DNA from: Candidatus Eutrophovita brisbanensis
GTDB lineage: Bacteria > Pseudomonadota > Gammaproteobacteria > Burkholderiales > Eutrophovitaceae
DNA: 64,000 bases
Direction: 5' to 3'
NCBI GenBank assembly: GCA_038147395.1
Contig: JAYQTM010000001.1
Location: forward strand, 577,437-641,436
The translations under genes and the position numbers were made by a program. The notes below the pieces were generated by a model. It was not told where the DNA came from and made no database searches. It saw only the letters and a list, made by a program, of their open reading frames with translations. Shown piece by piece: positions 1 through 9,303 of this stretch (positions are counted from its first letter, which is position 1; every line of letters starts with the position of its first letter).

Positions 1-1
1 C

Positions 2-679
2 GGCGTAACCGCCAGAGCGCAACAACGTCAGCTCTATGAACTTGTTTGTTGGAATCCTCGAGATTTTACAGTCGATCCAAGAAAAACGGTCGACGATCGG
101 CCGTTTGGTGGTGGCGCTGGAATGGTGATGATGGCTGAACCTCTGACTCGATCGTTGAGTGCGGCGGTTAGTCGCCAAAAGAGTAAGGGCGTCAAAGAAT
201 CGATCTCTATTTTTTTGTCTCCTCAGGGGGTGCCGTTAACACAAAAAATAGTGTCGACGTTGTCAGAGAGAGAGGGGTTAATCCTACTTGCGGGTCGCTA
301 TGAAGGAGTTGATCAGCGAGTTATTGATCAGAGTATCGATCTGGAGATTTCTGTTGGCGACTATGTATTGTCTGGTGGAGAGTTGCCTGCCATGTCTTTA
401 CTCGATGCGATTGTAAGATTGTTACCAGGCGCACTTAACCAATCAGGCTCTTTGGCGGAGGAAAGTTTTGCGGACGATTTACTCGAGTATCCTCAATACA
501 CGAGGCCCGAGATTTTTAACGGTAGTCCTGTCCCGGAAGTTTTGCTGTCTGGGCACCATGAGCGAATAAAGGCATGGAGGAAACAACAGGCCTTTGACCG
601 GACCTTCAGTCGGCGCCCTGATTTGTTGTCGTGGGAAGGAAAAAACCGCTCTAATACAGGCGGTGAGAACAAAAAATAG
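2..679 (+). CDS. trmD: tRNA (guanine37-N1)-methyltransferase TrmD, 5' end cut by window edge
   Basis: Frame is open from position 2. ...RDFTVDPRKTVDDRPFGGGAGMVMMAEPL...LLAGRYEGVDQRV... is the TrmD SAM/knot region. Followed by rplS as in rpsP-rimM-trmD-rplS operons. Confidence 0.9.
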   Translation, partial: GVTARAQQRQLYELVCWNPRDFTVDPRKTVDDRPFGGGAGMVMMAEPLTRSLSAAVSRQKSKGVKESISIFLSPQGVPLTQKIVSTLSEREGLILLAGRYEGVDQRVIDQSIDLEISVGDYVLSGGELPAMSLLDAIVRLLPGALNQSGSLAEESFADDLLEYPQYTRPEIFNGSPVPEVLLSGHHERIKAWRKQQAFDRTFSRRPDLLSWEGKNRSNTGGENKK

Positions 680-736
680 TTAATTGCTAAGGCTGCGATT
701 TTCCATGTATAATGCGCGGCCCAAGGAGTGATTGAA

Positions 737-1110
737 ATGAATTTAATAGCACAACTAGAAAAAGAAGAGATTGACAGACTGGGCACTTCGCTTCCAGACT
801 TCTCCCCCGGAGACACCGTTGTCGTCAATGTTAATGTTGTAGAAGGCGAGAGGAAACGTGTGCAGGCCTATGAGGGTGTGGTTATCGCGAAACGAAACCG
901 CGGTTTGAATTCCTCGTTTACCGTCAGAAAGATTTCGTCTGGCGTTGGGGTCGAGCGAACCTTCCAGTCATATTCCCCCTCATCGCAAGTGTTGAAGTCA
1001 AGCGACGCGGAGATGTACGACGCGCGAAATTGTATTATTTGAGGGGGCGTTCTGGTAAATCCGCGAGAATTAAAGAGAAGCTACCCAATAGGGTTAAAGC
1101 AAGTTCATAG
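737..1110 (+). pseudogene. rplS: 50S ribosomal protein L19 gene, frame broken as sequenced (C5 run 975-979); probably intact in vivo
   Basis: AAGGAG at 722-727 precedes ATG 737. N-terminal part [16 protein letters not shown]...[13 protein letters not shown] is L19. The conserved tail [34 protein letters not shown] is in the -1 frame from 982, with stop at 1108-1110. Confidence 0.85.
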
Positions 1111-1130
1111 TCCTATTATATTTAGCCGAT

Positions 1131-1159
1131 ATGGCGACCTCTTGGTCGCCATTTTTTTT
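1131..1159 (+). terminator. Rho-independent terminator after rplS
   Basis: Perfect 9-bp stem atggcgacc/ggtcgccat (1131-1139 and 1144-1152), 4-nt loop, then a T8 run (1152-1159). Confidence 0.75.
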
Positions 1160-1224
1160 GGATCGTGGTAACGTCAACCGAGCGTGTTTAGAAAATTTTC
1201 GACGCATACACTTTGGTTGATGTT

Positions 1225-1710
1225 ATGGAAGGTTACCTATCTACCCCATTTGGGAGCATTCGTGTTCGAGCCAGTGATAATGAAATACTGGAAGTAACTT
1301 TTTCAAAGGAAACAGCTCGCGATAACTTCCCAGAAGACTCAATCGTCTCCAATTTGTTTAAACAGATAAAGACATATTTTGTTGACCCCAAATCAAATTT
1401 TTCCATTGACTACCGGGCGAGTGGCACGAGTTTTCGTGAAAGAGTGTGGCACGAAATATCGTTGATACCATCCGGCTCGACCAGAACGTACGGTCAGATT
1501 GCAAATAAGCTAGGCTCCTCCGCCCGAGCTGTTGGGATGGCATGCGGCGATAATCCTGTCCCTCTGATCATTCCTTGCCACAGGGTCGTTGCTAAATCGG
1601 GAATTGGAGGCTTCAATCACTCGATAGGCCATTTTGAGAAAAGTGTTAAGTTGTGGTTGCTCAATCATGAGAGAGCCGTTATCAATGAAAAAACCGACCG
1701 ATCAGTCTAA
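1225..1710 (+). CDS. ogt: Methylated-DNA--protein-cysteine methyltransferase (Ogt/Ada C-terminal type)
   Basis: Active-site motif IIPCHRVV plus the helix-turn-helix region TRTYGQIANKLGSSARAVGMACGDNPVPL. ATG 1225 preferred over the track's TTG 1213. Confidence 0.85.
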   Translation: MEGYLSTPFGSIRVRASDNEILEVTFSKETARDNFPEDSIVSNLFKQIKTYFVDPKSNFSIDYRASGTSFRERVWHEISLIPSGSTRTYGQIANKLGSSARAVGMACGDNPVPLIIPCHRVVAKSGIGGFNHSIGHFEKSVKLWLLNHERAVINEKTDRSV

Positions 1711-2599
1711 TAAGGATTGGATCGATTATTTTTGTGATGCGCTGTGGCTGGAAGATGGTTTGTCGGCAAATACATTAGATAGCTACCGACGCGATCTTCA
1801 CTCCTTTATGAAGTGGCTTGAGAATGATGTCGCTGGCGCTTCTCTGATAGCTGCTGAGGGCCAGACGTTGCTGCGCTATGTAGCTTTTTGCTTTTCCCAG
1901 GGGAAACAGGCGAGGACAATGGCTCGTCATTTATCTGTTTTGAGGCGGTTCTATCAATTTTTGCACCGAGAGGGCCGGATTGAGTCAGATCCGACTTTGA
2001 ACGTCGCATCACCGAAGATCGGCCGTAAACTACCGTCTATCTTAGTTGAGGATGAGGTTATTTCGCTCATTGAAGCGCCAAACATCAATACTGACCTCGG
2101 TCTTAGAGACAGAGCGATGCTTGAGGTTCTTTACGGCAGTGGACTTCGGGTGTCAGAGTTGGTGCAACTGAAGATGGCACAAATCAATTTGATCGACGGA
2201 TTAATTCGTACGATCGGTAAAGGGGCGAAAGAGCGAGTGGTTCCAATGGGCGAGCCTTGTGTCGATTGGGTCAAAAATTATATTAATGCCTCTCGACCTC
2301 GAGTACTTCGTGGCCGCTTATCGGATTTTGTGTTTGTGACGAATCGAGGGACGGCGATGTCACGCCAGTCTTTTTGGAATATCGTACAGCGGTATGTACA
2401 GATTGCAGGCATTAAAAAACGGGTGTCACCACATACAATTCGCCATGCGTTTGCAACCCATCTGCTTAACCATGGTGCGGATTTGCGTTCCGTGCAACTG
2501 TTACTGGGACATTCTGACTTATCGACAACGCAGATATACACTCATATTGCAAAAGAACGTTTAAAGAACATACATCAACAACATCACCCTCGGGGCTGA
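1685..2599 (+). CDS. xerD: Site-specific tyrosine recombinase XerD
   Basis: Catalytic C-terminus HTIRHAFATHLLNHGADLRSVQLLLGHSDLSTTQIYTHI. N-terminal ALWLEDGLSANTLDSYRRDL is typical of XerD. ATG 1685 (MKKPTDQ...) overlaps the ogt stop by 26 nt. Confidence 0.88.
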   Translation: MKKPTDQSNKDWIDYFCDALWLEDGLSANTLDSYRRDLHSFMKWLENDVAGASLIAAEGQTLLRYVAFCFSQGKQARTMARHLSVLRRFYQFLHREGRIESDPTLNVASPKIGRKLPSILVEDEVISLIEAPNINTDLGLRDRAMLEVLYGSGLRVSELVQLKMAQINLIDGLIRTIGKGAKERVVPMGEPCVDWVKNYINASRPRVLRGRLSDFVFVTNRGTAMSRQSFWNIVQRYVQIAGIKKRVSPHTIRHAFATHLLNHGADLRSVQLLLGHSDLSTTQIYTHIAKERLKNIHQQHHPRG

Positions 2600-2616
2600 A
2601 TGTTAGGGAGACCAGC

Positions 2617-3237
2617 ATGCTATATCTCGCGCCTTTAATTGTTTCTTACTTTTTCGGGTCGGTGTCATTTGCCATTTTGGTGAGCAAGTGTATGTCTCTC
2701 CCCAGCCCGTATTCGTATGGTTCGGGAAATCCTGGAGCGACGAATGTGCTGAGAACTGGTAATCGATTGGCAGCTTTTGTGACGCTTTTGGGAGATGCGA
2801 TGAAGGGAGCACTGTCAGTCATTTTTGTACCAATTTTTCTCTCTGTGGTGTTTGAGCTAGATCTACCAAGGGAGCACATGGCTGCGACTTCGTTAGTGGG
2901 AGTTTTCATTGGACACGTATTCCCCATTTTTCATAATTTCAAGGGTGGCAAAGGAGTTGCTACGGCTGGTGGAGGGCTGATCGGATTGGATTGGATTGTC
3001 GGCTTGCCTGTGGTAGTCACCTGGCTTGCGGTCTGTGTGCTCTCGAGATATTCATCTCTTGCCGCTATTTGCGCAGCGATTGCCGCTCCTGTAATGATTT
3101 TTCTCCGTTTTGATTTTGGAGTACCGTTTATCTTAGTTCTTGTGATGAGTGTACTGCTCATACTTAATCACAGGAAAAATGTCGTCAATCTACTGAAGGG
3201 CGTTGAACCTAAGGTGGGGTCTCGCGATAGAAAGTAA
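2617..3237 (+). CDS. plsY: Glycerol-3-phosphate acyltransferase PlsY
   Basis: GSGNPGATNVLRTG and FKGGKGVATAGG motifs. Polytopic membrane protein of 206 aa. Confidence 0.9.
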   Translation: MLYLAPLIVSYFFGSVSFAILVSKCMSLPSPYSYGSGNPGATNVLRTGNRLAAFVTLLGDAMKGALSVIFVPIFLSVVFELDLPREHMAATSLVGVFIGHVFPIFHNFKGGKGVATAGGGLIGLDWIVGLPVVVTWLAVCVLSRYSSLAAICAAIAAPVMIFLRFDFGVPFILVLVMSVLLILNHRKNVVNLLKGVEPKVGSRDRK

Positions 3238-3242
3238 CCGCA

Positions 3243-4278
3243 TTACGAATGGCTTTCACGAGCCGCCTCTAGTGACCAGCGCGGTTTGATTGTGAAAGTT
3301 GAAGGTGTTTGAGTGCTGTCCCCGAATTTGAGGGCTCCTGTGAGAGCGACCATAGCACCGTTATCGGTACAGAATTTTGGCAGCGGATAAAATACCTTGC
3401 CGCCCAGAGTTTCAGTCATATCAGTTAATTTTTGTCTCAAAACATCGTTTGCTCCGACGCCGCCGGCAACGACAAGATTTTTGCAATTATTTTCGATCAG
3501 AGCTTTCGAACATTTCTCTGCCAATACACTCGTAATGGCCTCTTGAAAACTCGCCGCAATGTCCGCTCTTAACGAGTTGGATTCTGCGAGACTTTTCTCT
3601 CTGGTTTTAGATAAAAGATTCACGACCGCGGTCTTTAAACCACTAAAGCTCAGCTCTAAGTCACCTGAACGGAGCATTGGTTTCGGAAAATCAAATTTAT
3701 CTGGATTACCCTTTTTTGGCCAGCTCTGATAGTAAAGCGCCACCTGGGTAGGGTAGTCCAAGAGTTTTAGCTGTTTTATCGAAAGCTTCACCTGCTGCGT
3801 CGTCACGAGTTTCTCCCAATATTGAGTATTCGCCTATTCGTCCAACTCGCATGATTTGTGAGTGCCCGCCAGATACGAGTAGTGCGATGAACGGAAATTC
3901 GATGCCGGGAATGCTAAGCAGAGGGGAGAGTAAATGAGCTTCCAGGTGGTGCACTGGAATTGTGGGAATCTTCAAAGAGTAAGCCAATGCATTGGCGAAT
4001 GTCGCACCGACAAGTAGAGCGCCAGCGAGTCCAGGCCCTTTTGTGTACGCGACCGCATCGATGGCGTCTTTCTCAAGTCCTGCCTCGCTCAATACAGTTT
4101 GTACCAAGCCGTATATTTTTCTTATGTGGTCTCGTGACGCGAGCTCAGGCACAACACCACCAAAATCTTTATGTAGCTCAATTTGGGAGTAGAGCGCGTC
4201 CGCGATCAGCCCTTGTCTGGAGCAATAGAGCGCTACTCCTGTCTCGTCACATGAGCTCTCAATTCCTAGTACTAGCAT
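3243..4278 (-). pseudogene. tsaD: tRNA N6-adenosine threonylcarbamoyltransferase TsaD (Gcp), split into two overlapping ORFs by a 1-nt frame break at 3709-3719
   Basis: The N-terminal ORF (3706-4278) reads [18 protein letters not shown]...HHLEAHLL...[17 protein letters not shown]. The C-terminal ORF (3243-3806) continues ...[31 protein letters not shown]...VVAGGVGAN...FCTDNGAMVA. Together they give a ~344-aa TsaD. Confidence 0.88.
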
Positions 4279-4312
4279 TTAGTCCCCTAAAATTTACGCG
4301 ATTCAAACAGAT

Positions 4313-4342
4313 TTGCCATAAGTCCGTCAAATTTGCTAGAAT
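4313..4342 (+). promoter_or_regulatory. Putative sigma70 promoter of rpsU operon
   Basis: TTGCCA (4313-4318), 18-nt spacer, TAGAAT (4337-4342), with TG at the extended -10 position. Lies in the divergent tsaD/rpsU intergenic region, ~40 nt upstream of the rpsU ATG. Confidence 0.4.
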
Positions 4343-4381
4343 CGCCCCCTTTCAAATAAACCTGCAGATAAACACACGTAC

Positions 4382-4594
4382 ATGCCGATTGTAAGAGTCA
4401 AAGAAAACGAGCCATTTGAAGTGGCGATGAGGAGATTTAAGAGGACAGTGGAGAAAACTGGCCTTCTTACCGAGTTAAGAGCTAGGGAGTTTTACGAAAA
4501 GCCTACCTCCGAGAGGAAGCGAAAGCACGCTGCAGCGGTAAAGAGGCACCATAAGCGCATACGCAGTCAGACGCTCCCGCAAAAAATGTATTGA
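4382..4594 (+). CDS. rpsU: 30S ribosomal protein S21
   Basis: [29 protein letters not shown]... is canonical S21. Divergent from tsaD and upstream of dnaG-rpoD. Confidence 0.95.
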   Translation: MPIVRVKENEPFEVAMRRFKRTVEKTGLLTELRAREFYEKPTSERKRKHAAAVKRHHKRIRSQTLPQKMY

Positions 4595-4625
4595 GATACT
4601 CGTTGTATCGCATTTGGTACAGAGG

Positions 4626-4656
4626 ACGGTGTTTCTAGATAGGAACGCCGTTTTTT
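4626..4656 (+). terminator. Rho-independent terminator/attenuator after rpsU
   Basis: Stem acggtgtt/aacgccgt (one G.U pair), 10-nt loop, followed by TTTTTTGTTTTT. Confidence 0.55.
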
Positions 4657-4717
4657 GTTTTTCGTAACGTTTGTGTAAACATTATTCTGTGCCCGCAACG
4701 GACAAAGGTAAATTCCA

Positions 4718-5161
4718 ATGAGTCTAACTTCTAAAATCCAAGCGGACATGCGCTCGGCGATGAAGTCCAAGAATGCAGACCTCGTCTCGACGATAAGGCT
4801 TCTATTAGCAGCCATCAAACAACAGGAGATTGACAAGCGAGAACAGCTTACAGACTCTGACGTGCTGACTATTGTTGAGAGACTCGTTAAGCAGCGCAGA
4901 GAGTCGATCCAAATTTACACCGAGGCTGGCAGAAATGACTTGGCGTCAAAAGAATCTGCAGAGCTTGAGATCTTAACAACTTACTTGCCAAAACAGCTAA
5001 GCGATGAGGAAGTTGAGTTAATCATTCAAGAGACCCTGTCCTCTTTAGATGCCCGTGAGCCCAAAGATATGGGAAAAGTGATGGCGGCGCTAAAAACCCA
5101 ACTCTCCGGCAAGGCCGACTTGTCTCGTGTTTCAACTCGGGTGAGGGAGTTGTTAAGCTAG
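4718..5161 (+). CDS. yqeY: GatB/YqeY domain protein
   Basis: 147 aa. MSLTSKIQADMRSAMKSKNADLVSTIRLLLAAIKQQEID... is typical of the YqeY family. Same position (between rpsU and dnaG) as in pseudomonads. Confidence 0.85.
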   Translation: MSLTSKIQADMRSAMKSKNADLVSTIRLLLAAIKQQEIDKREQLTDSDVLTIVERLVKQRRESIQIYTEAGRNDLASKESAELEILTTYLPKQLSDEEVELIIQETLSSLDAREPKDMGKVMAALKTQLSGKADLSRVSTRVRELLS

Positions 5162-5257
5162 GATCATTTTGCTCGCCTGGCGTGGTATCTGGTCTCAATC
5201 TGATCAACCCTCTGGGTAACATATCTCCCATTCGTAGATGGGTATAATCCAAAGGTC

Positions 5258-7048
5258 ATGATCCCTCAAGCTTTCATTGATGAGCTCCTGAACCGCGTTG
5301 ACGTTGTTGACGTCATCGAGGGATTTATAAAGCTGAAAAGGTCTGGTTCGAATCTCTCATCCAATTGCCCGTTTCACGACGAGAAGACTCCATCTTTCAC
5401 AGTCAGTCAACAAAAACAGTTTTATCATTGTTTCGGCTGTGGTGCGCACGGAACTGCCATATCTTTTTTAATGGAATACCAAGGTCTCGGCTTCATAGAA
5501 GCCGTTACTGAGCTCGCTAATCGTGTTGGCTTGACTGTTCCAGATAATGCCCGTGAAAAAGCGACTGAACACCGAACAAATATTGAGCCCTCGTACGGGG
5601 TGATGAATAGAGCCGCTGCGCACTACAAACAAAAACTTAAAGGCTCTACCCGTGCGGTGAGTTATTTGAAGGGCAGGGGAATTACTGGCTCTATTGCGGC
5701 CAAATTTGTTATTGGATTTTCGACCTCTGATTGGCAAGGCTTGCGGGAAGTATTTACAGATTATGACGAATCAGAGCTCCTCGGTCAGGTCGGCTTGATT
5801 AAGGATAACGATGGCCGTAGATATGATCGATTCAGGGATAGGTTGATGTTCCCGATCAGAGACCACCGAGGGAGGGTGATTGCATTTGGTGGTCGGATCA
5901 TAGGTGAAGGGGAGCCGAAGTACCTCAACTCACCTGAGACAGATCTTTTTCATAAAGGCAAAGAGGTCTATGGTCTTTGGGAGTCGAGATCAGGGATTCG
6001 AAACTCGAAACGAGTGTTGGTCGTGGAGGGCTACATGGATGTGGTAGGTCTGCACCAACATGGGATTGATTACGCGGTGGCAACATTAGGCACCGCGACA
6101 ACAGAGTTTCAAGTGTCTCGATTGTTAAAGTACGCTGCGGAGATCATATTTTGTTTTGATGGGGATAAGGCTGGTAAAAAAGCAGCATTTAGAGCTTTGG
6201 AGAACACGTTAGGTCAGGTGTCGGATGCGCAAAAAGTCTCGTTTATGTTCTTGCCGGATGGAGAGGACCCGGACTCATTTGTTCGTCGATACAGTAAGCA
6301 AGAATTTGAGAAAAAAATTGTTGAAGCACTGCCAATGTCAGAGTTTCTACTTTCCGAGCTATCGGACCAGGCTGGTGGCGTGCAGACGATCGAGGGTAAA
6401 TCTAAGCTGGCGCACCTAGCCTCTGCTCATTTACCTGCTATCAAAAAAGCTCCTGTAATGAGGACCTTACTGCGCAACCGGTTGGTCGAGATGACTGGAT
6501 TAGAGCAAGGTGATTTTGGTGAAAAAAATTTTGAAAACGGTAAGTCAGTTCGCGAAACCTATTCAAGGCGAATCGGGACCCCACCAAATCGTAGCAACCG
6601 GACTCCTTCAGTAATCAACCATATCGTGGAAATATTGATTATCTATCCTTCGTTAGCTACAGAGCGAGATGTGAATTATTTGCATTCCTATCGAGCCAAC
6701 CTTGGCAAGTATGTGACTGAGAGGGAAGTGGATTTTTTGCACTATGTGTTGACTCATTGTCTAAACGAGGTGGACCGAACTGTGGTGCTCGGAAAGATGC
6801 GAGACGCTGATTTCAAAGATGATATTGATAAACGAGAGAAATTGGCTTCATTACGTTACCTAGTTACTGCCACCAGCTTGGATAATGCGAAGGAGGAATA
6901 TACGAACGCGTGGGCCCAACTAGAGCGATGGAATCGTAATGCGATCGCTGACAGGGTGTTGAAAAGTAAGGATTTATCCACCCTCTCACTCGAGGATAGG
7001 GAGATTTTGCAAGGCTTGTCAAAAAATAGGCCACAAAAATCAGATTAA
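5258..7048 (+). CDS. dnaG: DNA primase DnaG
   Basis: Zn-ribbon CPFHDEKTPSFTVSQQKQFYHCFGCGAHG, RNA-polymerase core and TOPRIM (VVEGYMDVV...FDGDKAGKKAA). 596 aa. Confidence 0.95.
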   Translation: MIPQAFIDELLNRVDVVDVIEGFIKLKRSGSNLSSNCPFHDEKTPSFTVSQQKQFYHCFGCGAHGTAISFLMEYQGLGFIEAVTELANRVGLTVPDNAREKATEHRTNIEPSYGVMNRAAAHYKQKLKGSTRAVSYLKGRGITGSIAAKFVIGFSTSDWQGLREVFTDYDESELLGQVGLIKDNDGRRYDRFRDRLMFPIRDHRGRVIAFGGRIIGEGEPKYLNSPETDLFHKGKEVYGLWESRSGIRNSKRVLVVEGYMDVVGLHQHGIDYAVATLGTATTEFQVSRLLKYAAEIIFCFDGDKAGKKAAFRALENTLGQVSDAQKVSFMFLPDGEDPDSFVRRYSKQEFEKKIVEALPMSEFLLSELSDQAGGVQTIEGKSKLAHLASAHLPAIKKAPVMRTLLRNRLVEMTGLEQGDFGEKNFENGKSVRETYSRRIGTPPNRSNRTPSVINHIVEILIIYPSLATERDVNYLHSYRANLGKYVTEREVDFLHYVLTHCLNEVDRTVVLGKMRDADFKDDIDKREKLASLRYLVTATSLDNAKEEYTNAWAQLERWNRNAIADRVLKSKDLSTLSLEDREILQGLSKNRPQKSD

Positions 7049-7130
7049 CGAGTCAAAAACCGTTACAATACGCGGTTCTGTGACGACGTCGTCACGGCTT
7101 GGTCAAGCATCTCATTAGGACTAGAAGATT

Positions 7131-9080
7131 ATGGCGGTTAATGTTGTTAGGAAACGGCGGGGCAGAAGAAAAAAATCGGCCCAGTCTACTGCTCAGGCCC
7201 CGATAGACGCGGAGGTTCGTCGCACACGGCTCAAGACACTCATTGTTCAGGGCAAAGAGAGGGGGTACCTCACTTACGCGGAGATCAATGACCATCTTCC
7301 TGACGAGATGCTCGAGGCCGAGCAGCTAGAGACTATTGTAAGCATGATGCACGACATGGGCATTCAGGTTTACGATGAGGCTCCCGGCAGCGACGCTTTG
7401 TTGATGGGCGATAATTCTGCATCTGTTGCCGATGATGATGCAGCAGAAGAGGCCGAACAAGCGCTATCAACGGTTGATTCGGAATTCGGACGAACGACTG
7501 ACCCTGTACGCATGTACATGCGTGAAATGGGTACCGTTGAACTTCTTACGAGAGAAGGCGAGATAGAGATTGCGAAGCGTATCGAGGAAGGCTTGAAGCA
7601 CATGGTTCAGGCGATCTCGGCGTGCCCGATGACAATAGCGCAAATTCTTGATTTGGCCGCTAAGATTGAAAATGACGAGATCAAAGTCGATGATGTTGTC
7701 GATGGCCTAGTCGATCCAAACGCACCAGAAGAGGAGCAAGAGGAGGAGTCTGTTGATGTGGGGGCTGAAGCGTCTAGTATCGATAGCGATGACGACGATG
7801 CTGAGGATGATTCCGAGGATGATGAAGAGGCTCAAGCGGCAATCCAACGAGCGAACCTCGAATTGCTTAAAAATGAATCGTTAGAGATTTTCTCCAAGAT
7901 AAAAACACTAAATACCAAAATGCTCCGCGCGCTTGCCCGGGGTGGAACTGAATCCAAAGCATATCTCAAAGCTCAGTCCGAGATATCTGACGCGCTCCTA
8001 TACGTTCGTTTCTCCGCGAAGCAAATTGAGTTCCTCTGCGATTGCGTCAGAGCTTTGGTTGATGAGGTGCGCCACCAAGAGAGAACGATCATGGATCTTG
8101 TCGTGGACAAAGCCGGAATGCCTAAGTCCAGATTTATTAAAACTTTCCCGGGGAGCGAAATCGATCCTGAGTGGGTCGAGCGTGAGATCGATATCAAAAA
8201 AAGCTACGGTGAGTCGCTACTCAGAATTGCGCCTGATGTGCTCGAGTGCCAAAAAAGTTTGGCGGAAATACAAAGCCGTATCGGAATTCCGCTAAAGGAG
8301 CTACGTGAAATTAATCGTCGAATGTCGACCGGTGAGGCTAAAGCTAGAAGAGCGAAAAGAGAAATGACGGAGGCTAACCTACGACTGGTCATTTCTATTG
8401 CGAAGAAATACACGAACCGGGGCTTGCAGTTCCTTGATTTGATACAAGAAGGAAATATCGGTCTCATGAAAGCCGTTGACAAGTTCGAGTATCGCCGAGG
8501 GTATAAATTCTCCACTTACGCCACTTGGTGGATCAGGCAGGCCATCACTCGTTCGATCGCTGACCAAGCAAGAACCATCAGGATTCCCGTTCATATGATT
8601 GAGACGATCAACAAAATGAATCGAATCTCGAGGCAGATTCTTCAGGAGACTGGGGCGGAGCCAGATCCTGCAACGCTCGCCGAAAAAATGGAAATGCCTG
8701 AGGATAAAATCCGGAAAATATTGAAGATATCGAAAGAACCCATTTCGATGGAAACTCCAATTGGTGATGACGAGGACTCTCACTTAGGAGATTTTATTGA
8801 GGATACTGCGACGACTGCACCTGACGATGCCGCAGTGTATACGAGTCTTCAGGACGCAACGTCTGAGGTTTTGGATACTCTTACCTCTAGGGAGGCCAAA
8901 GTGCTGAGAATGCGCTTCGGTATCGAGATGTCTACTGACCATACACTTGAGGATGTCGGGAAGCAATTCGATGTTACTCGTGAGCGCATACGACAGATCG
9001 AGGCCAAGGCGCTCAGAAAGTTGAGGCATCCCTCCCGCTCAGAGAGACTCAAGAGTTTCATGGATAACAATGGCGGGTGA
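7131..9080 (+). CDS. rpoD: RNA polymerase sigma factor RpoD (sigma70)
   Basis: Regions 1.2-4.2 are present: [90 protein letters not shown]. An acidic spacer lies at ~7728-7840. Confidence 0.96.
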   Translation: MAVNVVRKRRGRRKKSAQSTAQAPIDAEVRRTRLKTLIVQGKERGYLTYAEINDHLPDEMLEAEQLETIVSMMHDMGIQVYDEAPGSDALLMGDNSASVADDDAAEEAEQALSTVDSEFGRTTDPVRMYMREMGTVELLTREGEIEIAKRIEEGLKHMVQAISACPMTIAQILDLAAKIENDEIKVDDVVDGLVDPNAPEEEQEEESVDVGAEASSIDSDDDDAEDDSEDDEEAQAAIQRANLELLKNESLEIFSKIKTLNTKMLRALARGGTESKAYLKAQSEISDALLYVRFSAKQIEFLCDCVRALVDEVRHQERTIMDLVVDKAGMPKSRFIKTFPGSEIDPEWVEREIDIKKSYGESLLRIAPDVLECQKSLAEIQSRIGIPLKELREINRRMSTGEAKARRAKREMTEANLRLVISIAKKYTNRGLQFLDLIQEGNIGLMKAVDKFEYRRGYKFSTYATWWIRQAITRSIADQARTIRIPVHMIETINKMNRISRQILQETGAEPDPATLAEKMEMPEDKIRKILKISKEPISMETPIGDDEDSHLGDFIEDTATTAPDDAAVYTSLQDATSEVLDTLTSREAKVLRMRFGIEMSTDHTLEDVGKQFDVTRERIRQIEAKALRKLRHPSRSERLKSFMDNNGG

Positions 9081-9117
9081 CGGCGCCATTGAATCTTGAA
9101 TATTTCGTTTCATCGGC

Positions 9118-9194
9118 GGGCCTGTAGCTCAGTTGGTTAGAGCAGAGGACTCATAATCCTTTGGTCCCAGGTTCAAGTCCTGGTGGGCCCACCA
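9118..9194 (+). tRNA. ileX: tRNA with CAT anticodon, most likely tRNA-Ile2 (lysidine, ileX-like) rather than elongator Met
   Basis: The cloverleaf folds as GGGCCTG/TA/GCTC..GAGC/GAGGA-CTCATAA-TCCTT/TGGTC/CCAGG-TTCAAGT-CCTGG/TGGGCCC-A-CCA. C4:G69 and C5:G68 match the TilS determinants of E. coli tRNA-Ile2. Overall similarity to ileX is recalled from memory. Located downstream of rpoD, as in E. coli. Confidence 0.8.
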
Positions 9195-9303
9195 CTCAAT
9201 AAAAACGCCGTTTCTCGTACGTAATTTGATGGCTCTGCCACGTGTGGACCAGCATGCTAGACTCGTGATGTGTCCATAATTTCTTGGTCGCGCGGTTTGC
9301 CGA

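Noticed and set aside
1685-2599. Tyrosine recombinase as an island integrase / mobile-element marker
   Set aside because: The sequence is a typical housekeeping XerD. It is 7 kb away from the accessory block, on the other side of core genes, and has no att-like repeats.
3960-4394. 144-aa plus-strand ORF
   Set aside because: Antisense to tsaD and running through the tsaD/rpsU promoter region into rpsU. Arg/Ser-rich nonsense composition.
5243-5248. TATAAT hexamer upstream of dnaG as a promoter -10
   Set aside because: It ends 9 nt before the dnaG ATG and overlaps the RBS region, and there is no acceptable -35. dnaG is expected to be read through from rpsU/yqeY.
7728-7840. Acidic low-complexity tract (EEEQEEES...[18 protein letters not shown]) as a repeat or insertion
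   Set aside because: It lies in the non-conserved acidic spacer of primary sigma factors between regions 1.2 and 2. This is a normal feature of RpoD.
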